Assembly (NCBI GenBank): GCA_965216785.1
Contig: OZ244197.1
Location: forward strand, 2,976,001 to 3,040,000
Direction of reading: 5' to 3'
DNA: 64,000 nt
Source: Thermodesulfobacteriota bacterium
GTDB lineage: Bacteria > Desulfobacterota_D > UBA1144 > Nemesobacterales > UBA2774
The translations under genes and the position numbers were made by a program. The notes beneath the pieces were generated by a model, which was given only the letters and a program-made list of their open reading frames with translations, was not told where the DNA came from and made no database searches. Positions 58,441 through 64,000 of the stretch are shown piece after piece. The first letter of the stretch is position 1. Every line of letters starts with the position of its first letter.

Positions 58441-59250
58441 ATGAAGCTAATAGATAAGTTTAATTGCTTTCTCATTGATCTTGACGGTGTTGTATACGTT
58501 GAGCACAAGCCTACAGAGGGTTCTGTAGATACTATAAACCATCTTAAAAACATCGGTAAAAATATAATATTCATAACAAACGACCCGAGAAGCTCAACAG
58601 CGGACTATGCAGAGAAATTAAGAGGTTTCGGCCTCGAGGTGGAAGACGATGAGGTCATAACATCGGCCATGGCTATTGCCCATCATATACGAGCCCACAC
58701 TAAAAATTCGGATAAAAAAAACGCCTATGTAGTCGGGAGCGATGCGCTTAAGAAAGAGATAGAGCTTGCGGGTCTAACAATAGTAGACGGCGAAGAAGCA
58801 AAGAGCGCGGATTACGTCATACTTGGCGGGCACCCCGAGTTTCACTACAATGAGCTCAAATTGGCGACCCTGGCGCTAAGAAACGGGGCCGAGTTTTTCG
58901 CTACGAGCCGCGATCCGGCCTACCCGAGCTCTGAAGGACATGTTCCGGCCACAGGGGCTATGCTAGCATCTATTGAAGTCGCATCTGAGAAAAAGGCGGT
59001 AGTCGCTGGAAAGCCCGAAAGAATTATATTCGAAGAAGCCCTGCATCACGCTAAGTGCACAGGCAAGAGCACCACAGCCATCATAGGCGACAGGCTCGAT
59101 ACAGACATTTTGGGCGGCAAGATCGCCGGCATTTCCACGATCCTCACACTATCGGGCTCAACTAAAAAAGAAGACGTAAAGATTTCAGACGTTAAACCCG
59201 ACTTCATCATCAATGATCTCAGAGACCTACTTATAGAACTGGAGAATTGA
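58441..59250 (+). CDS. HAD-superfamily hydrolase, subfamily IIA (NagD-like)
   Basis: IDLDGVVY, FITN, GKP, IGDRLDTDI.GG. Confidence 0.92.
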   Translation: MKLIDKFNCFLIDLDGVVYVEHKPTEGSVDTINHLKNIGKNIIFITNDPRSSTADYAEKLRGFGLEVEDDEVITSAMAIAHHIRAHTKNSDKKNAYVVGSDALKKEIELAGLTIVDGEEAKSADYVILGGHPEFHYNELKLATLALRNGAEFFATSRDPAYPSSEGHVPATGAMLASIEVASEKKAVVAGKPERIIFEEALHHAKCTGKSTTAIIGDRLDTDILGGKIAGISTILTLSGSTKKEDVKISDVKPDFIINDLRDLLIELEN

Positions 59251-59286
59251 GCCCGATTACAACCTCCTCTGAGAGCACAACTTACA

Positions 59287-60090
59287 ATGCCGCTTATAAA
59301 CGTAAATTCCATTAATATAAACTATGAGCTTGACGGCCAAGGACCTGTCGTAGTGTTCATAAACGGTCTGACTATGACCACATCCGGCTGGGCTTATCAG
59401 ATCAAGCCTTTTACACAGAGATACAGCGTACTCCGCTACGATTGCCGCGGACAGGGCGGCTCTGACAAGCCTGCAGAAGAGTACTCCCAGCAAATCCACG
59501 CTGAGGACCTATACCAGCTGCTTAGAGCTCTGGATATTGATAAAGCACACTTGATCGGTCTTTCAAACGGAGGGATGATAGCTCAGCATTTCGCTCTCAA
59601 ATACCCCGAGATAACAGACACTCTTGTTCTGGTAGACACATGTGGTTTTGTAGGAAAACTGCTAGAGCTCACAGTAAGTTCCTGGATTAAAGCAACAGAG
59701 GCTGGCGGTAACGATCTGCGCTATGATGTGTTGCTACCGCAAATTTTCTCAGAGAGTTTTATTAGTAACAACGAGGAGCTTATTAAGAGCATGAAAGAAT
59801 TCAGCTCCGAAATAAATACTCCTGAAGCCGTAATAAACCTGGCAAAAGCATCAATGAACCACGACTTGAGATCCCATATATCGAAAATCAAATCCCCTAC
59901 GCTGATTATTGCGGGGCAAGAGGATATACTGATCCCGCCAAAATACTCCAGGATGCTAAGTGAAGAGATAGAAAATTCAGAGCTTGTTATTATCCAAGAC
60001 TGCGCTCACGTACCGCCAATTGAAAAACCAGAGGAGTTTAACTCCATAGTGTTGGATTTTTTAAATAAACACGACTCGCCTGCTCAATAG
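59287..60090 (+). CDS. Alpha/beta hydrolase (enol-lactonase-like)
   Basis: YD.RGQG.S, GLSNGG nucleophile, PTLII.GQED, H...IEKPEEFN. Confidence 0.85.
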   Translation: MPLINVNSININYELDGQGPVVVFINGLTMTTSGWAYQIKPFTQRYSVLRYDCRGQGGSDKPAEEYSQQIHAEDLYQLLRALDIDKAHLIGLSNGGMIAQHFALKYPEITDTLVLVDTCGFVGKLLELTVSSWIKATEAGGNDLRYDVLLPQIFSESFISNNEELIKSMKEFSSEINTPEAVINLAKASMNHDLRSHISKIKSPTLIIAGQEDILIPPKYSRMLSEEIENSELVIIQDCAHVPPIEKPEEFNSIVLDFLNKHDSPAQ

Positions 60091-60242
60091 AATTTGCACA
60101 TACTTCATTCTAACTGCCAGTCATGACTCACTATTTATTGTTCAGGTAAACTATATATATAAGCTCAGGCAGCTAAAAAACTCCTCCTTAATAAGAACTA
60201 ACATTTTCTTCGGGACGGAAATTCCGGGTTTATCTGATAATC

Positions 60243-61184
60243 ATGGTATCAAAAGTAATGCAAATAGCAGCGAAAAGCTCCCCTCAGAATAATGCTTTGA
60301 TTCTGATGATTTTTGGCGGATTCATGTTCGCTTCGATGGGAGCTCTCACACACGCGCTCGGTAAAGAGGTAGATTGGCTTATTATTGCTTTTATCAGAAT
60401 GGGCCTCTCATTTGTAATCACACTGGTACTCGCGCTAAGATCAGACATCAACCCTTTCTTACTCAACAGACCGCTCCTTTGGTTCAGGAGCTTTGTCGGA
60501 AGCTCCGTAATGCTGGCGACATTCTACGCTCTTACGGTTCTACCCATTTCAGATGTCGCGGTGATAACCGAATCACGCCCGATTTGGGTCGCACTATTAG
60601 CAGGTTATCTGCTGGGCGAGACCACCGGCAAAAAGATATGGCTTTCCATAGCATTCGGCATGCTCGGCATTATACTTGTCGAACACCCGATATTCTCAAG
60701 CGGAAGCTTTGCGGGATTAGTTGCTCTTTATGCAGCAATCGGGGGAGCTGTGGTGATGATTTGTCTTAGGAAGCTAAGAGACCTGGACACTAGAGTCATA
60801 GTTACTCATTTCTCAGCCACCGCTACCATAATCGCGTTTCTAACACTCATAGCCGTACGTGGAGAGGCGGATTTTTCTCAGCTTGGAGATACTCGCATCC
60901 TGCTCATGCTCATAGGTGTTGGTGTTCTGGGCACATTGGGACAGCTCGCAATGACAAAAGCTTTCTCAATGGGCGAGGCGCCAAGCGTTGCCTCAGCCGG
61001 GTTTGTTAAAGTGGGCTTCTCGGCTGGGTACGATATCTTTATATGGAAATACGTTTTTGAGTATCCGACAATCCTGGGAATGCTTCTGATACTGGGCTCT
61101 ACTATGTGGCTGTTCAAGAGAAAAAAAGAGCCTCTCGGATATAATATCCCGGGTAAGAAGTTAAATATAAAAGACGGCAGTTAG
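60243..61184 (+). CDS. EamA/DMT-family transporter
   Basis: About 10 TM helices in two repeats; P..VALLA..LLGE. Confidence 0.88.
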   Translation: MVSKVMQIAAKSSPQNNALILMIFGGFMFASMGALTHALGKEVDWLIIAFIRMGLSFVITLVLALRSDINPFLLNRPLLWFRSFVGSSVMLATFYALTVLPISDVAVITESRPIWVALLAGYLLGETTGKKIWLSIAFGMLGIILVEHPIFSSGSFAGLVALYAAIGGAVVMICLRKLRDLDTRVIVTHFSATATIIAFLTLIAVRGEADFSQLGDTRILLMLIGVGVLGTLGQLAMTKAFSMGEAPSVASAGFVKVGFSAGYDIFIWKYVFEYPTILGMLLILGSTMWLFKRKKEPLGYNIPGKKLNIKDGS

Positions 61185-61210
61185 CATCTAAACCGGACTT
61201 AATGCGGTTT

Positions 61211-62209
61211 CTATTCCGAGGACTTCCAGATAAATCTGCCTTTTCTATCTATATACCCCCACTCACCGCCGCCAAGCTCTACAATCGACAGCCCTCCGGA
61301 AAAACTAACTGCTGTTACGAAATCGGGTTTTATAACTACCTCACCTCTCTTATTTATAAAACCCCAATGAGAACCCTCTCTGTAGCTTGCGAGACCTTCT
61401 GAGAAATTTCCCACCTCATCATATTCGGGTTGAACAATAATTACTCCTCTTCTATTTATGAAACCCTGTTTTCCACCCTTGGTAAATGCGGCGGCGCCGT
61501 TACTGAAATGCCTGATAGCCTGAAAATCCGTTTCAAGAGCGACTTCCCCAAACCTATCGAGGAATACGAATTGCCCGTCTTTCTCTACGCTCGCAAGTCC
61601 TTCCGAGTACCCTTGGGCCCAATCAAAATCGGGATCTATGAACATCTTTCCGTTCTTTTTAATATATCCCCCCTTCCCTTCTACTATCACAAGCCCGTAG
61701 CCATCGGAGAAATTAAAAGCCTTCTCATACCGGGGTTCTATGACCATTTTGCCTTCTTTATTCACGTAACCCCACCTGCCGTTAATTTTCACACTCGCAA
61801 GTCCTTCAGAAAATGGCATCGCTTTTTCAAACTGCGGCTCTATCATCATCTTACCTACTTTGTTTATATAGCCGTATCGTCCATCAACCTTCACACGGGC
61901 AAGCCCCTCGCTGAATTTGTGTGCTTCACGGTACTCGGGAGTAATAACCAGAATATTAAACTCATTTATATATCCCCAGAGACCGTCTTTCTTTACAAGC
62001 GCCCTACCGTCCGAGAAATCGACCGCGCCTTCATACTTATATGGAATCTTAAGGTCCCCAGTTCTGGAAATAAATCCCCACTGACCGTTCTTCTCCACCG
62101 GGAAAAGAAGCTCCGAGACAGAACCCACCGAAGAGCCCGGCGGCGAAGACGCGCAGGCCTGTATTAATATAAAAAAAGCACATGTGAGTAAAGTGACGTA
62201 CCTAATCAA
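61211..62209 (-). CDS. WG-repeat lipoprotein
   Basis: Lipobox-like IQAC; about 8 repeats of FSEGLA.V...G.WGYIN..G...I.P.[FY]. Confidence 0.9.
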   Translation of the reverse strand: MIRYVTLLTCAFFILIQACASSPPGSSVGSVSELLFPVEKNGQWGFISRTGDLKIPYKYEGAVDFSDGRALVKKDGLWGYINEFNILVITPEYREAHKFSEGLARVKVDGRYGYINKVGKMMIEPQFEKAMPFSEGLASVKINGRWGYVNKEGKMVIEPRYEKAFNFSDGYGLVIVEGKGGYIKKNGKMFIDPDFDWAQGYSEGLASVEKDGQFVFLDRFGEVALETDFQAIRHFSNGAAAFTKGGKQGFINRRGVIIVQPEYDEVGNFSEGLASYREGSHWGFINKRGEVVIKPDFVTAVSFSGGLSIVELGGGEWGYIDRKGRFIWKSSE

Positions 62210-62419
62210 AAAAAATCCTCCGGGAACCCTTAAAATACAGGAGAGATATACCTAAAAATTAAAGATAGATCAAAAAACTTCCAGATAAAACCCTTTCCGG
62301 CAACTATGGTGGATACTTAAAAGAACGCCGTATTCAGTGAATCGCTAGATAGGCTGATTTTTAGAATCCCTGAGTAACTCCTACCCAATCCGGCAATTCG
62401 TAAACTCAGATTACATACT

Positions 62420-63871
62420 TCACTTGTGTTTAAGCCTAAATAGATCCAAATGCGCAAAATGTTTTTCAAGCTCGAAATCGTATGTACCGCTTAGGCCCTC
62501 TTTGATGTACTTTCGGTGTTTAGGGTTCGCACGCATCACGACCCAAACTCTTTTGTTACCCAGGTTTTTAAATGCCGGGAATTTGTCGGACAAAGGTACA
62601 ATTGTGATGTCGTCCCTCGTTTGATAATATTTGACAGATATATACCCCTGACCAGGCTGCAAAACTAGTACATCCCCATAGCCTGCACTATTTTCTATCT
62701 CGCTTACGACTTCCCGCCACTGCGGTTTAGTCACATTGTCGTAGTAAGTCTTCAGATTAGCCGTGGGAAGTATCAATAGAACTATCCCTATTACGAGTAC
62801 GGCCCATCTGCTACTCAGGCTGTCGATACCCTTTGAGGCAAGTAAATAGTAGGCAAGAATCGGACTTAAAGCATAGCGCGCAACGAACATCGGTGTGGAT
62901 ACGATAGAATAGATAAAAGGAATCAGTATGGGGACTGAAAACCAGAGAATAAGGAGATAGACCCTGTAGCCCGAAGATATCCCCGGCTCTGGGTTATCAT
63001 CTTCATGGGCTTTAAAAACTTTATTAATCCCGGGAATATTCGACATTCTCCGGATGCCTATTATCGCAACAAGTGCAAAAAGAACGAAGAGCACAAGAAG
63101 GTATAAAGAGCCTGAATACCGCACCATATTGTAATAGAGCAATATCAAAGTGGGTTCTTTAATCCAAAAAGATTCCTGCATAGCAGCATTCATTTTTAGA
63201 ATATGCATGAAGCCCGGCATGAAGGAAAAAACCAGAATCAACTGTAGGAATATCCATTGTTTTATAGTTATCTCACCAGCTTTTCGTTGTTTCAGAAATA
63301 GCGTAAGACAAAAAACATTCTGAGCTACTATGATGAAAAGACCATAGTAGTGTGTGTAAATCATCAAGATACCAGATACAAGGTAGAGAACATTGTAATA
63401 CATCCTTCTTCCTGCGGTTAGCTTGATGAGTGAATAAAAGAAAATGACAGAGAGCAGCGCCATCAACGCGTACGCCCTTGCTTCCTGCGAGTACTGTATA
63501 TGAAAAACCGAGACAGCAATTATAAGAGCGGCAACGATGCCGGCTCTTTTATTAAAGAGAAGTTTCCCCAGGACGTATACAGCAATTATCGAGGCCGAGC
63601 CGAATATGACGGACGGGAATCTTAAAGAAAATTCCGAATCCCCGAATGCCAGAACCCAGAAATGGAGTAAAACATAATACAAAGGAGGGTTAGATTCTTC
63701 TGAGTTGCCAAGAACAGAATTGATCAGATCCAATACACCTTTCTTCGAGATCATAGCGGAGAATGATTCGTCATACCAGAGGCTTTCGGCGGAAAGGTCA
63801 TAAATTCTAAGAACAAAACCTAGCGCGAAAATCAGGATTACCAGATAATTATCTTTAATGAATTTTAGCAA
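62420..63871 (-). CDS. GT-C membrane glycosyltransferase (family 39 / PMT-like)
   Basis: LR...L..ESLWYDE, PPLYY.LL..W...FG.SE..LR.PS, YSQEAR.YAL. Confidence 0.88.
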   Translation of the reverse strand: MLKFIKDNYLVILIFALGFVLRIYDLSAESLWYDESFSAMISKKGVLDLINSVLGNSEESNPPLYYVLLHFWVLAFGDSEFSLRFPSVIFGSASIIAVYVLGKLLFNKRAGIVAALIIAVSVFHIQYSQEARAYALMALLSVIFFYSLIKLTAGRRMYYNVLYLVSGILMIYTHYYGLFIIVAQNVFCLTLFLKQRKAGEITIKQWIFLQLILVFSFMPGFMHILKMNAAMQESFWIKEPTLILLYYNMVRYSGSLYLLVLFVLFALVAIIGIRRMSNIPGINKVFKAHEDDNPEPGISSGYRVYLLILWFSVPILIPFIYSIVSTPMFVARYALSPILAYYLLASKGIDSLSSRWAVLVIGIVLLILPTANLKTYYDNVTKPQWREVVSEIENSAGYGDVLVLQPGQGYISVKYYQTRDDITIVPLSDKFPAFKNLGNKRVWVVMRANPKHRKYIKEGLSGTYDFELEKHFAHLDLFRLKHK

Positions 63872-64000
63872 GTTACACCATATACACGTACTTCTGACCT
63901 TAAATATAAGCTTAGAATGTCACATTAAACAGGATTTGTGATTTTTTAAACCTTAGAGATAATGCAACATCATTCTAACAGGTTAATTAGTTAAATGCGA

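Noticed and set aside
60091-60242. Riboswitch upstream of the EamA transporter
   Set aside because: No recognisable aptamer consensus by eye; an Rfam scan would be needed.
61430-62167. 245-aa plus-strand ORF and similar long antisense ORFs (e.g. 11588-12292)
   Set aside because: They lie opposite well-supported genes and have no protein motifs.

Overview
Bacterial chromosomal window. Gene content and an IPTL-CTERM protein suggest a deltaproteobacterial-type lineage such as Ca. Dadabacteria (inference). Core flanks carry infB(partial)-nusA-rimP, an ECF sigma/anti-sigma/Spy unit, efp, yacG, gmhA, mutL, ispG, topA, ugd, hemW, eno, leuCD and an rpoN-hpf-ptsN-hprK-rapZ-EIIA cluster. The main structural feature is that the competence gene dprA is cut in two by an ~18.5 kb island (21090-39620). 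The island is bounded by a GAATAC core within an imperfect 18-bp direct repeat. Joining the two halves at the core restores an in-frame ~370 aa DprA, yet I see no integrase in the island. The island's left half looks like a self-contained signalling circuit. A class III cyclase-STAND NTPase-TPR gene converges on a sigma54 activator with a phosphodiesterase-type (cyclic-nucleotide-binding-like) GAF domain. Near-consensus sigma54 promoters with shared TGT-N11-ACA boxes point outward on both sides, to a five-gene secreted/barrel-protein/reductase operon and to an IPTL-CTERM surface protein. The right half is a decaying mosaic of detoxification-type genes with IS3/IS150 remnants. No rRNA, tRNA or CRISPR array was recognised. 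All calls are by eye, with no database searches.
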